DNA of 64,000 nt. Source: Pseudogymnoascus verrucosus (lineage: Eukaryota). The first letter of the stretch is position 1; the number at the start of each line of letters is the position of its first letter. The stretch is taken from NCBI GenBank assembly GCA_001662655.1, contig KV460291.1; one strand, written 5' to 3'. A program made the position numbers and the translations under genes. A model generated the notes under the pieces. The model was not told where the DNA came from. It made no database searches and was given only the letters and a program-made list of their open reading frames with translations. Of this stretch, positions 35,444 through 48,575 are shown piece by piece.

Positions 35444-37010
35444 ATGGAGACAATAACGATCGTGAACAAGTCTGGGAAGATCGTGGGCACAGTACGAATA
35501 AAGCTCCCTCCCTCAGAGCCACCTCAAGGAGCTAACTAGTCCACAGAGCAAGCACCTCCTCAACATATTCAAAGAAGCGAAATACGCCTACCAAGAGAAG
35601 AAAGCCGAGATCCGAGCAGAGATACACGGCAAGAATGAGGACAAGCTGGCGAGGAGGCTCGAGAATGTCCGCCTCGAAGAGTCCAGATCCGTAGCTTCGT
35701 CGAGGCGCTCACATCGCAGTCATAAAAGTCGTCGGCCGAAGCATGAAGGCGAGTCGTCGAGGAGACCAGCCACAGCCCTTACGGAACGGAACTTAGCTGC
35801 CGCATCAGAAGCAAGCGGAAGCGTCGCGGGCTCAAGATATGGTGGCTCTAGACCTGCGACTTCGCATCGATCGCCAACGGTCTACCAAGCGCCGTATCAA
35901 GCTCCAACGGTCTACCAAGCGCCATACACCGAAGACTACAATGCCTCGAGACCTACCCTCGTCCGACACCACACGGATTTCCCTCCTCGATACGAGCCCG
36001 CGCCTATGGGCTACAACTATCACGACTACCCACCTCCGCCTCCCCTTCAGCGTTCCATGACCTCCCCGAATCCCAACCATGACGATGGTATCGATATGAA
36101 TATGGCATATGGCGAACTCCCGCCCGACCTGGCTATGCAAGTCTACCCACGACAGCAGGAGGAGCAAAAACAGGAGTTAAATGGCCTCATGTCCAAGCTC
36201 GATCACCTAATGGTTGAAGCGCACTGCGTGCAACACACCGCTACTACGATTATCGCCTCGTTACAAAAGAACCCCGAGGCCATGGCAGCGGTGGCTCTCA
36301 CACTCGCAGAGATCTCTAACATCCTCACGAAGATGGGCCCTGGCTTCCTGGCTGCGATCAAGAGCTCCTCGCCAGCTGCATTTGCACTACTCTGCTCGCC
36401 GCAATTCCTCATCGCCGGCGGTGTCGCAGTGGGCGTCACGATCGTCATGTTCGGCGGATACAAGATCATTAAGAAGATCCAGAAGGAGATCAGCGACAAG
36501 AAGGAAGTGGACGAGAGCTACCGCGTGGACGAAGCTATGGTTTTTAACGCAGACAACTACAGTATCGAGTCTTGGCGCCAGGGTATTGCGGAGGTTGGGG
36601 GGGAGAGTGTCTCGACCAGCGTGGATGGGGAGTACATAACCCCTAAAGCGGAGATACTGCGCAAGCAGCGGATCAGGGACAGAGCTATGGAGGAGCGGAG
36701 TGGTGCGCCACGGTCGCCATCGGTGGGCGCGAGTAGTAACGCGAGCACGGTCAGGAGGAAGCCGGTGCCGGTGTATATGGATTCGAGTCGGACGGTTGTG
36801 ACGGAGAGTGCGCGGACGGAGAGGTCGAGTCGGACGTCTAAGACGACTAAGAGTCGGCGGACGTCGAAGTCGGAGACGGGGAGGTCGGAGAGCACGGTGA
36901 AGCCGAAGAAGGAGAAAGAGGGGAAGGAGAAGAAACCGAAGAAGCAGTCCGCGATTAGTGTCCTGTTTAAGGGGTCATCGTCGATTAAGAAGGATAAGAG
37001 TGTCGTTTGA
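35444..37010 (+). CDS. Conserved-looking fungal hypothetical protein with one predicted TM segment, 2 exons
   Basis: METITIVNKSGKIVGT|SKHLLNIFKEAK (intron about 35492-35546) continues in frame into ORF 36006-37010. Hydrophobic segment PQFLIAGGVAVGVTIVMFGGYKIIK. Confidence 0.65.
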
Positions 37011-37710
37011 GAGTAAATGAGCGTGCGATACCAGTGCCAGCAAAAATACAGCGGAAATACACAGTTGGGAATCCTTTTTGGGGGTGTTCTTGGAGCGAGT
37101 TTTTATACGCATGGTTGCGAGACCATCCACCTCATCTATACAGATGCCTTTTTTATATAGAGGTAGAATATTTTGTAATAATTACAGGAAGTTAAATCCA
37201 AAAGCTTGCTTGAAAAGGGTGTAGATGAGAGAGTAGAGTACTTTACTCCTGACAATATGATAAGGATAATGGAACCCTGAATGCCGAGCCAGTCCCCACC
37301 GATAAGCCAGCCCCAAATGTCAATCGCTCCCCATGCTCATGCTTCGATCTCCATATTCATAGTCCAGTGCACAATCTTCTCTGCACAAACCTTCCCTGAC
37401 TCTAAGAAAAACAAATGAATAGTCACTGCCAGCCGATTTAGATTCTGTAATGCTATATAAATGCCATCATTTCCCTTTTTCCCCTGCCCAAGTTATCGTT
37501 CCTCACCCCAATAATAGAACTAGAGCCGCATCGCTACGAACCTCGGCCCGCCTGCACCTCAAATCCGGGGAAACCATCACAACCTACAATTTTTGCCCAT
37601 AACCCATTTCCTCCACGACAACCCGATATTTCTTTCGCCGACACGGGTACAGGAATGCGCCTGTAGCTACAAAACCCACAGTGCGCACAACTCCTTCCTC
37701 CTTGCCCAGC

Positions 37711-38325
37711 ATGTCCTTCGACCCCTCCCAATGCGTGGGCGACTGCCCATTCTGCACCATCAGCACAACCTTCGCCGCGACGCCCCCCTCCGCACCCATA
37801 GCCTTCAACGCGGACCTCGTCTCACCGGCCGCATTCGTGGTGCTCAGCACGCCGCTGGTGATGGCGTTTTTGGATATCATGCCGTTGTCGCCGGGGCACT
37901 TGCTGGTTACGACGAGGGCGCATCATGAGAAGGTGTCGGATGTGACGGAGGAGGAGGCGAGGGAGTTGGGGTATTGGTTGCCGGTGTTGAGTAGGACGTT
38001 GGCGAAGGCGACGGGGGTGTGGGATTGGAATATTGTGCAGAATAATGGTAGGTTTTGGACCGGCGGCGTGTTGAAGGGGGGGGGAGGGGGTGTATGGGGC
38101 AAATGGCTAATGTGTGTGTGTTTAGGCGCTGCTGCTGCACAGGTTGTGCCGCATGTTCACTTCCATATTATTCCTCGACCGGCTTTGACTCCGGAACTTC
38201 GCAATAAGAGCTTTACTATGTTTGGGAGAGGGCAGAGAACGGACCTCGATGAGGAGGAAGCGGCCGAGCTGGTGGAGAAGCTCAGACAGGAACTGGCGAG
38301 GGAAACTGGGAAGCCGAAGATATGA
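37711..38325 (+). CDS. HIT (histidine triad) family protein, 2 exons
   Basis: CPFC, AFLDIMPLSPGHLLV, NIVQNNG|AAAAQVVPHVHFHIIPR; intron about 38049-38125. Start codon uncertain. Confidence 0.85.
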   Translation: MSFDPSQCVGDCPFCTISTTFAATPPSAPIAFNADLVSPAAFVVLSTPLVMAFLDIMPLSPGHLLVTTRAHHEKVSDVTEEEARELGYWLPVLSRTLAKATGVWDWNIVQNNGRFWTGGVLKGGGGGVWGKWLMCVCLGAAAAQVVPHVHFHIIPRPALTPELRNKSFTMFGRGQRTDLDEEEAAELVEKLRQELARETGKPKI

Positions 38326-38809
38326 CTGCCATGTCGGCTTTGCCTGGTATAATAAGATGGGCGGATGGGATTGTACAACATAATGCCTCTCGACGAGTAT
38401 CATTTATACGATAGTTTGCGTTGAAGTTGCGGGGTGGGCGGTGATTGGCGGATTAAGCATGGATCTACAAGCGGATGTTGTATGTTTTGGAAGGTTAGAG
38501 ATGAGATTTGGGATACCGCGAGAGTTTATTTAGAATATTTGATAGCGATATTAGATACTTTTCAACTTCATCTTTTGTTGGCGTGAACAGAGACACAATA
38601 TGGTACCTGGTTGTTGCCGCCACCACTAGCTTCCGTCGTAACCACAGAGCTGCCTCTTTGGGACTGAATCTATCTCACTTCCACAACGTAACCACCTAGT
38701 CCCCACAGCCTTTCTTTTAGACATATATCTACCTCATCTCCATAACATAGACACCGAATAGTATTTACACCGTTTCTTTTAGACTACTTCCTACCTCTCA
38801 ACAACCACA

Positions 38810-40216
38810 ATGCCCAAAATGACCTACACCTCCCCCAGCTCCTCCCCCCACCCCATCCGCCCCCGCCTCATCATCCACGGGGGCGCAGGCAACATCCTCC
38901 CCTCCAACCTCCCCCCCTCCGACCACCACGCCTTCACCACCGCCCTCCTCCACATCCTAGCCCGCACGCACGCCTACCAAACCACCACCCCGCTCCCCAC
39001 CGCCCTCGACGCCGCAACCCACGCCGTCACCCTCCTCGAGAACTGTCCGCTCTTCAACTCAGGGCACGGCGCGGTATTCACCCGCGATGGGACGAATGAG
39101 CTCGAGGCTTCGGTTATGGTGTCGAGGGGGCTGAAGAAGAGGGGTGTGGGGGTTATGGGGTTGAGTAGGGTGAGGAACCCAGTGCAGCTTGCAAGACAGA
39201 TGTTGTTGAGAGGGGAGACGGATTTGGATTCTGGGAACGGGGAACACCGCGGCCCTATGGTCGCAGACGAAGAGGGGGTATTGATGAAAGCCAGCGGCGC
39301 ACAAGGGCACTCCCAACTCTTCGGCCCCGCCGCCGAGCGTCTGGCCAAAGAATGGGGTGTTGACCTCGTCGAGACTTCGTACTTCTTCACGCAGAAGCGG
39401 TGGGATGAACACGTCGCCGGACTAGACCGTGAAAAGCGCGGCGGCTGCGCGACATGGGATGCGGAGTCGTTTGTGAGCCAGGGGACGTGTGGGGCAGTGG
39501 CGCTAGATGCGGAGGGGGTGGTTTGCGCGGCTACGAGTACGGGGGGGATGACGAATAAACTCGCCGGGAGGGTGGGGGATACGCCGACGCTGGGGGCGGG
39601 GTTTTGGGCGGAGGAGTGGGAGGGAGTTGTTAGAGGCGGTGGGGGGGGAGGGGCGGTGGTGGAGTTGGAGGGGGCGTTGAGGGGGGTGTTGGCGGATTGT
39701 TTTCCAGGGTGGGGGGGGTATGGGTATTTGCCTTTGGGTAGTGAGGGGGTGGTGGAGAGGAGGGGGGATACGGTGGTGAGGGCGATGGGGATGTCGGGGA
39801 CGGGGAATGGGGATTCGTTTTTGAGGGTTAATGCTGTTAGGACTGTGTCTGCTATTGCGAAGTATAGGGGGGATGGATCGACGACGTCGTTGGGTGAGGC
39901 GTTGAGGGAGGTTACGGGGCCTGGGGGGGAGTTGCAGAAGAGTGCTGGGAAGAGGTGGAAGAAGACGGGAGAGGGTGAGGGGGGTATGATTGGGATTGAG
40001 TGTGCTGTTGTTAAGGGCCCTGATGGGGAGGTTAGGGGGACGAAGGCGTATGTGGCGGCGGAGTATAATTGTGGTGGGATGTTTAGGGCGACGGTGAATG
40101 AGGACGGGAAGGCTGTTGCGAGGGTTTGGAATGAAGGCCAGTATGGGGGCCTGGAAGGGTATGAGAATGAAGGGAAAGAGCATGACCCAAGGGATTTGAA
40201 AGGGGAGAAAGCTTGA
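38810..40216 (+). CDS. Isoaspartyl peptidase/L-asparaginase (asparaginase type 2, Ntn hydrolase)
   Basis: IHGGAG, FNSGHG, ELEASVM, autocleavage site G|TCGAVALD, ATSTGG, GRVGDTP, GTGNGD. Confidence 0.88.
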   Translation: MPKMTYTSPSSSPHPIRPRLIIHGGAGNILPSNLPPSDHHAFTTALLHILARTHAYQTTTPLPTALDAATHAVTLLENCPLFNSGHGAVFTRDGTNELEASVMVSRGLKKRGVGVMGLSRVRNPVQLARQMLLRGETDLDSGNGEHRGPMVADEEGVLMKASGAQGHSQLFGPAAERLAKEWGVDLVETSYFFTQKRWDEHVAGLDREKRGGCATWDAESFVSQGTCGAVALDAEGVVCAATSTGGMTNKLAGRVGDTPTLGAGFWAEEWEGVVRGGGGGGAVVELEGALRGVLADCFPGWGGYGYLPLGSEGVVERRGDTVVRAMGMSGTGNGDSFLRVNAVRTVSAIAKYRGDGSTTSLGEALREVTGPGGELQKSAGKRWKKTGEGEGGMIGIECAVVKGPDGEVRGTKAYVAAEYNCGGMFRATVNEDGKAVARVWNEGQYGGLEGYENEGKEHDPRDLKGEKA

Positions 40217-40485
40217 AAGAGAACTGCATGTCACGCCGGTTGAAACTATGCTATACATAGATGCCATAGATATAAGTTTCGAATCTGATTTCATTATCTT
40301 TTTAGCACAAGTATCCTTCTACACATATATATAATACACCGTTCCCACCACCTATGCAAACAAACACGTTTTAAAAAAAGTTCCCAGTCCAGTATCTCGC
40401 AGATATGCAACAATCCTTGCCACTGTTGGCGAGGATATAGAAGAGTTGAGAGGCGGTACGCGTTCGAAGCGTATCGGAAGAAAGC

Positions 40486-41176
40486 TTAAGCCAGGGCTGG
40501 CATAGCCTTGCTGTCGGAAGGAGGAGGAGGTGGTGGTGGCAACTGTAAAAAGAAGTATTAGCAAAAGTCGAGGCGAAAGGGGAATCGTCAAATACGAACA
40601 TCTAATCTCGTGTTCTCCGCCATCATCCTCTGGAATCCGATTCCGACACCCTCGATAACCGCGAGCAGGCAGGCACATCCTATCGCCGAGTTCCTCGCCG
40701 CCTTCATGCCGCCTCTGACAGCCAACGCTCCACCCGTGAAAAATCCAGCAATAACTGCGAACGTGTTAGCACAACTCATCCTCCCAATCTCCACCGTGCC
40801 AGAAGCACAGCACAGCACTCATCGGCATCGAGAACATACTAGCATTATACGGATCCTCCTTCTTGCGAATCCCCTTCACCGCGCAGTCGAAAGTCGAGAA
40901 CAAGCCACCCCAGACACCGAAGTTTCCACCCAGCACAGGCGCTCGCGCCTTGATAGCCGTGAGCGCACCAATCCTACGCTCACCATACGGCGAGTTCCTG
41001 AAGCCCTTGACACCGTGCCACACAGCGCCTCCGATGGCCTGGTCGGCGAGTCAGCAAAATTTCGATTATCAAGGGGGACGGACGGGGGGCGTCAGGGCGA
41101 GTCTTACTCCCATGGAAAAGGCACCGCCGAAATCATTGAGTGCCACCCACGGACATGGGTCTCGGGTGTGATCCAT
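40486..41176 (-). CDS. TIM17: Mitochondrial inner-membrane translocase subunit Tim17, 4 exons
   Basis: [67 protein letters not shown]. The last exon encodes [18 protein letters not shown]. Confidence 0.93.
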
Positions 41177-42988
41177 CTTCTATAATGGCTGTATATGTCC
41201 CGCTTTCTCAAATCCCCCCAAACTCCTCAAGGCCCGTTGATGGACGGAAAGTTGCGAGGCTGGCCGGTTCGGTCGGCGTCGTTGAGGCGTTGGCTCCGTT
41301 CGGATTCGCGAAGGAGAGGCTGTGGTGGGTATTACGTGGTATAGCGGCCCTGGTGATGAGAGATGGGGCCCAAGGGTTGTCGTCGTTCGGCGGAGCGTGG
41401 GAAATTGTTAGATTGGCCCTTTTCTCGATGGAAGGCAAGATGATGCGCTTAGAATTTACTAGCGCGGTCGGAATGGGTGCCGGTAGGTTCCGCGGCTGTA
41501 AAAAGCTACCGACATTTCGGACATGGGGGCGAGGAACACTCGTTTTTTTGGTGTACTATGGTTGAAATAAGCAAAAATGGTGGCTATAAAAAGACAAATT
41601 GTATTATATCGCTGCCTCTGAGGCTTTTATAGAGAAAGAAGTCGAAGTTATAAATATTTCTTAATTATAGGCGCCATATTCATGGTGCCAGCGACGCGCC
41701 ATTATGGCGCAAAGTCCCAATGAGTCACGTGCTCAGGGATAGGAGGGCGATCAAATTTGATAACTGCCTTCCCTGTTGTGTTCGAGACATCGGAGACCGT
41801 ATACCGTATATTGCTGGTTACTCATACTCTCCAGAGATCACGAATTTGAGACTTCCAAGATCTATCACAGACTCACCGCCCCCAGTCCTACCCATCCTCC
41901 ATTCCCAACAGTTGAAAAACCCAGCACCAACAATGAGAAACTGTCAACGCTAGTAGGTATTCCATTGGGCACTTATCCAGCTGATCGTGTGCCTTTCGAG
42001 GCCTTGCATATGCGCCTTACCATTAGGAACCGCCTTGAACCGCCCTGTGTGGTTTGACAGGGCGAGGTGCGCAGGATAAAAACAAAAATTATCGGTTTCT
42101 CTCCACGATGGCCACGTCTTTTCGACGTGGCACTTGACCTTGAAGTGTCATCCCCCATACTATTCAAACTAAACAAGGCCATTCCACGATCCATTGCAGT
42201 TAGCCAATACATATGTAGCAATGTTCCTGACGATCCTCAAACAATTACTTGGTAGCAACTTCCTTTATCCAGTTATGATAGGTAGTATACGTGGGGAGAG
42301 TCATACCGGCTCTGCCGCGCCGTGTGAAACCAAAATAAACATGGAGCAAACGGACGGGAGAATCGCTCCTGTCAAATGAACATGAGTTAGTCTGTCACTC
42401 TCTCTTTCCTCAAGAGATTCTGTATATAAATTGAGACATTTCGCCATTGGCCCTGGTTCTTGCGCCATAAGGGTCCAGTGTCGAGCGTCCGTGATGCCAG
42501 ATATGGGAGAAAGCTCTGAATTATGCCAACTCAAGCCACTACCCCCCAAGAATATCGTCGCTTTGAGCGGTGGAACGCCTGCGCAAGAACTAGCAGCTTC
42601 AGAGATTCTGTAATCGCTAGTCTGATGCCTCTGCAATATCGTAGTGTAGAGGGTCTGGTGGATCATGGACCTTCACTCGACTCACTCCGCCGCTACTGGA
42701 GCAGCTCCAACACTAGTAGTAGTGATCAAGACAGTGGTAAGCAAGCTCCTTATATATTTCCTTTCGCCGCTTTTGTGGGAAAATATAGCTTCTTTCATGA
42801 TCCAGTCAATCTCCGAAGATTGAAGCATTCACATTTGTGATCAAGTTGGCACGTGTGTGTTGAGTCGGTGAGCGTTGCTTGATGTTTGTTGGTGGGGATA
42901 GATAGTCCAAAAACCAATCGAGGCTCGCTACCTTGCAAACTACCATCACCGAGAACCGACGTGGGGTTGAAACCTCAACTCTACACAA

Positions 42989-45895
42989 ATGGAACATCAA
43001 GGAGCGAGCTCCAAGAGAGGAGAACGCTCTCAGGGGCGCAATGTTTCTAACATAGCTGCAGAAGAAGCTCTAAATACCCCATCCAGCGAAGATGGCGACC
43101 GACACATCACAGCGGACCGATCGACTCTAGCCCAGAGCGCAGACGGAGACGACTCATCGCCAGAGCTCTTCCACCGGGTCCAACACGACAGCTCGATCCT
43201 CGCATTGACGGTGTCCGACAAATTCATATACGCCGGAACACAAGATGGCGACATTCTGGCGTGGTCGCTGGCCTCCTACGAGCTCGTCGCCCGGATAAAA
43301 GCACACAAACGAGCTGTCCTCTGCCTCACTCTGTCGCAAGACGGCCAGCTCCTCTTCTCTGGCGCAGGAGACGCCATTGTCAATGCATGGTGTCCCTACA
43401 GCTTGAAGCGCAAATACCACATCTACAGCACATACGATGTTGGCGACATCTTCAGTGTGGCGTACTCGACCCAATTCCAAACCATATATCTCGGAGCACA
43501 GAACACAAGCATTCAATGGTGCAGCCTGAAAGATTCGGATTCCAGGCAGACGCCGAATGAAGAGGGACACCCAGATAAGCGGAACCACAGGTTCTTTGAC
43601 TCCAAGCAGGCTGGAGCGAAAGCGCCAACTCGCTCTGCTTCGCCTGGGCGCTCTGCTCAGTTGGCAACTGGAGGCGATATTCTCGAGATTGATCAGGCGC
43701 ATATGAAGCACTACGCACATTTTGGATATGTGTACTGCATGCTCATGGTGCGTGGTGCTAGCAGGCTGATCGAGGCGGATGAGGACATGCTTATTTCTGG
43801 TGGGGGTGATGGGTCGATCAAGCTTTGGAAGCTCAGCGATGATCCAAATGATGTGATTGAGGAAATTGCTTGCCTCGGTGAAGATGATGCAGAGTCTGTA
43901 TTATCCCTCGCCTTGGATGGATCGTTCCTGTACAGCGGAAAGCTTCGAGGCGTTATTGAGCTGTGGGATTTGGACACCAAGCAAAAGCTCCGTGTTATCA
44001 AGGCCCACAATGGTGATGTGATGGCTCTCCAGATGGGCTGGGGTTTCCTATTCAGTGCTGGGGCTACCGGGTTTTCCAGGGTAAGTGTGGCTTGTCTCGT
44101 CCATTGGCAACTATACTGACAGAAATTCTAGAAATACAGTACGGTGCAGTATGGCCAGTACAATCGGAGCTCTGAAAACTTCTCCCAGAAGTATCAGTGC
44201 ATGAACCGCTGGAAGAGTCATGAAGGCAAGGTTATGGCATCCGCGACAACTAACTACAACGGCCAGCGCTTCTACATTACCGGTGCTAGCGATAGCTCAG
44301 TATCGATTTGGAACTTCAGCGAAACCCACCCCAGGGCCAACAGTGTTGGGGAATTCCAAGAAGACGTCCTCATCAAGTCACTGCAGGAATTCGTGTCTTA
44401 CAAGACCATTTCATCCAGGCCGGATCACGCTGAGGATTGCCGCCGTGGTGCCACTTTCTTACGAAAGCTTTTCAAGAAGTACGGTGCGGAGACTGAGATG
44501 CTGAACACTGATAACCACCACAACCCGGTGGTTTTTGCAAGATTCAGCGGTAAACAGGCCACATCCGCCAAGCGCAAGAAGATTCTGTTCTATGGGCATT
44601 ACGATGTTGTGGGTGCCGATGATAAGAAAGGGAATTGGATTATCGACCCCTTCCAGATGAAGGGTATCAATGGATACCTGTATGGTAGAGGGGTGTCTGA
44701 TAACAAGGGCCCTATAATGGCGGCATTATACGCCGTTGTCGACTGCAAAAACGAAGGGTTACTTGACTCGGATGTTGTGTTCCTTATCGAAGGTGAAGAG
44801 GAATCTGGGTCAAGAGGGTTCATGGAGGCGGTCAAGCGCAACAAGGAGCTCATTGGAGACATTGACTACATCTTGCTTGCGAACAGTTACTGGCTCGATG
44901 ACGACGTTCCCTGCTTGACATATGGTCTCAGAGGTGTCCTCCACGCCACCATCAGCGTTGACAGCAACCACCCTGATGTCCACAGTGGTGTTGATGGAAG
45001 TTTCATGATGGACGAGCCGCTCTTCGATTTGACGTCGATCCTCTCAGAATTGAAGGGCCGCCATAACCACATCAAAATCCCAGGATTCTACGATAACATC
45101 CTACCAGTGACGGAAGCCGAAGAAGCCCGCTACGACGATATTACCGACACCCTAATCCGCCGCAACCCCGAGCTAGGACCAGCCTCGGCGCTCAAGGCAT
45201 CGCTAATGGCCAGATGGCGCCAGCCCAACCTAACAGTCCACCGCTACAAAGTCTCCGGCCCCGAAGGTTCCCTCGTATCTTGCCACGCCAGCGCCGCCAT
45301 CTCCCTGCGCCTGGTGCCAAACCAAGAAGTAGAAGATGTCATCGAGTCACTCAAGACTTACCTCAACGCCGCCTTCCAAGAGCTAGACACCCACAACCAC
45401 CTCACGATCACCATCGACAACCAGGCCGAACCTTGGCTCGGTAACCCCGATAACGCCATCTTCCAGACCCTCGAAAAGGCAATCATGGAAGTCTGGGGTC
45501 CCATCGATCCTCCCACTCGCCTCGCTCCCCGGAAGGACGCCCCAAAACCACAGAACGCCTTACCAGCCAGCCCAAGCCTCAAACCCACGCCCGCAACCGC
45601 CAACCTCCTCACCAACGGCAGCGATCACACCTCTCTCGCTAACATGCGCGAGCCTGCCCTCCCCGTTGATGGTGATGAGGCACCAAAGGGAAGGAAGCCC
45701 CTGTATATCAGGGAGGGAGGCAGTATTCCCAGCATCCGCTTTTTGGAGAAGGAGTTCGGAGCACCCGCGGCGCATCTGCCGTGCGGGCAGGCGAGTGATA
45801 GCGCGCATTTGGATAATGAGCGGTTGAGGTTGACGAATCTGTTTAAGAGTCGGGAGATCTTTAGGAAGGTGTTTGTCGAGCTGCCTAAGAAATAA
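42989..45895 (+). CDS. DUG2: Dug2-like WD40 + M20 peptidase (glutathione degradosome subunit), 2 exons
   Basis: N-terminal WD40 repeats; M20 motifs YGHYDVV, GRGVSDNKGP, EGEEESGS, HSG, REGGSIP and AHLDNER. Intron about 44081-44131. Confidence 0.88.
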
Positions 45896-46529
45896 AGATG
45901 GGAGGAAGGGGTAGGACATTTGTTTGGATTTCTTTAGGGGCTTTGTTTAGTGTGCAAGGCGGGTGGGGGTCTTTGTGTTCCACCGGGTCTGGTGTGGCGC
46001 TTTTAGATAGGGCTTTGTGGTTGGATCTGGATATGCCGTTTGGAGTTTTCAGGCTGGCGGACTTGTTTTCAGCGGGTAGGGCCGGTGGGGTGTATGTTCT
46101 CGGGTTAATGTAATATTAGATTGGCAGGGTATTGTAGGTGGCTCAATCTCAATGGAAAAAGGAACAATGAAACCTTGCCCGCGGTTCTCTTTCAATAGAG
46201 GCATTATAATGGAGTGCCACGCTGACAAAATTGCAGCGGCACATATTGTTAAAATCAGCTTTATTTGCTCATTCGTAAACACTTCGTCAAATAGAAATCG
46301 TAACAATCAGTTATCTCCCATAATCCCCAACCTTTCCCCAGCCTTTCTTAGCTGTATGTAACAATCTTCCCCCGCCAATCCCCAGATCCCCCGATTCTCG
46401 CAGCCGAAGTCCACGGGTATCAATTTCCCCCACCAACCCCCACCAACCCCAGATCCTCAGATCCTCAAATCCTCACACCCAAAGCCTCAGATATGAATCC
46501 TTTCCCTCCTCTTCATCAATCCAGCTCCT

Positions 46530-46694
46530 TTACATCACAGAGCACGGTATCGGGATGCAACAGCAGTCATATCCATCGCAAGAAATACAGCTTTTTTTGG
46601 GTGCCTCAGGCTTCACAATGCTCGAGATGGTGCTCGCAGCTGCCGAGCCGGGACCGTTGCGGTTGACGAACGATGGGGCGGAGGATTGGCACAT
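46530..46694 (-). CDS. 54-aa Cys-rich microprotein ending in a CaaX box (CSVM)
   Basis: caaaATG context; protein MCQSS...KKSCISCDGYDCCCIPIPCSVM*. A putative 5'-UTR intron has a GTAAG donor at about 46855, a GCTAAC branch point and a TAG acceptor at about 46761. Confidence 0.7.
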   Translation of the reverse strand: MCQSSAPSFVNRNGPGSAAASTISSIVKPEAPKKSCISCDGYDCCCIPIPCSVM

Positions 46695-46722
46695 TTTGTC
46701 GGTGGTTTGGGTGGTTGTGGTT

Positions 46723-46762
46723 GATGCTGGATGCTGGATGCTGGATGCTGGATGCTGGATGC
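46723..46762. repeat. (GGATGCT)n heptanucleotide tandem repeat, about 5.5 copies
   Basis: gatgctggatgctggatgctggatgctggatgctggatgct seen directly. Confidence 0.9.
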
Positions 46763-48575
46763 TAGGGGGGTTGTTAGCTTGCGTCCAGGAACGGCGGTCA
46801 CAGGTACGGTATTGCCTTGTAAGGGCCAGTCGGATCCAGAGGTTGGTCGGCTTACCTTCGTGTGTGACTGACTTCGGAGAAAGCGATTTAAGACTTGCAG
46901 ATAGATGCACTGAATATGTCTTTCGAGGGTTCACAAAACACAAAAGAGAAAGTTGGGTATGCTTGCTGTTGGGTTGGCAAGGTTGGCAGTTGGCAGGTTA
47001 TACTTCTGGAGTGGGGACCGAGGGGATCGGGGGATTTATGCGTGTATGACGTTGCGTGCGAGGCACGGGTTTGATTCGTGGGTGCGACATGGGCGCTATT
47101 CTGGATGAGACGCGGGGATGTATGGGGGTCTCCGATAGGGGAGAGCGCCCGCCAAGAGTACCTTAATAGCTCTAGCGTTCCTGCCGCTTGAACACACCGC
47201 ATCGTACCCGCACGCTACGGATATAAAGTCAGCCTCCAGCCTCAGCTCAGCGCTGGAGAGAGATAAACCAATCAAGATATGATGGGGGAAACATATGTTT
47301 GAGGGAGAAGCATGATGCATTGTCACGACTTGCAGGTTCTGTATCTGGATACCCGGACGAGACTTGGCTTTTGCTCTCAGCTTGATTCAGCTCGCTGACC
47401 AGCTAGGAGACTTCCTGATCCGCCATATGTCGTCCCACCATGCAAGCATTTTTTTCTTTGATGTTTCAGTCGGCGACCCCTAATACGGCAGTGGTTTTCG
47501 TTTGTCTGAACTTCTGTAGTCTATCAGGTGCATATTTGGCTCAGCTCAATGCAGTAGATGCTGTTACTAAGCACGCTCGGATCCCGTGCATTTCCTCATA
47601 TGGTCGGTTTGTAAATTCCTCCACCGGTTCCCCCACCCCCCGGCCCGACCCGGCGCAGCCTGGACGCATTTGGAAATATTTTTCGTGATTCAGTAATGAA
47701 AGCCAACTCTAATCAGCTGCAGACCCGTGTATAGCGAGAAAGCATCAGATCCCGAGCTAGAATAGGGTTCTTGAGAAGCTCGCTCCTTTAGAAGCTCTGT
47801 CCTAAGCATTACTCTTCGGACACGATCTATTAGGGGGGGTTCGAAAGAGCCGCGGAGTCTAACTTTTTCCTGACATCTCCTACTTGCTAGAGAAAAAATG
47901 CAATGACGGGCTGAGCATCTCCTTTCGGTCTTTAGAGAGACATTTCTGCGTATTTTTCTCAAGCAAACAAGCACATCATATGTAGCAGGAGTGAGAAGCG
48001 GGGCTGTAGTTCCACTTTCAGCTCAAGTTTTGCTAAACAAATAGCTTATTTAGGTAGACCCGTATACAGTTAACCATTTTAAGAGGGTTCGAGTTAGTCA
48101 TGTCCCCTACATAAGGGCTTATATCTGGAGCATCTCCCGATTGTAGCATGCATAGGAAAGACATCGGGGATGGGGGTCTCAATGGTTTATGATGTAGATT
48201 ATCCCGTCACAAGACGATAATCCATCTGAAGGTTTCACAAAAAATATGTTTGAGTTTACGAGCCTCCATAGGATCGTTGAATCGTGTAGGATTGCCTAGC
48301 TGTGTCTTACCCAACTCCGGCGCTCTCCAGTTATTTACGCATGCACGATAACTGCTTTGGCTATGCTGCTGCATTTTCAGCTAGCCACAAAATGCTGATC
48401 TCGATCTTCAACTCAGTCGTAGTGTCTTAGCAGCAACTGTAAGCCGTCACCGTTGCAATATGCAAACAATATATATAGAGAGCTGAAATCAGCTATTTAA
48501 ATTCTCTACAACAAGCAGACAGTCCTAAACGGCAAAGCTTTACCAACACCTTAAAGAACTCCATTTTATATCAAA

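Noticed and set aside
41700..42850. Several short overlapping ORFs between TIM17 and DUG2
   Set aside because: No codon bias, motifs or consistent splice pattern.
47690..48130. TA-enriched stretch that might be a RIP-degraded transposon relic
   Set aside because: No terminal repeats or coding remnants can be identified by eye; a repeat-library search would be needed.
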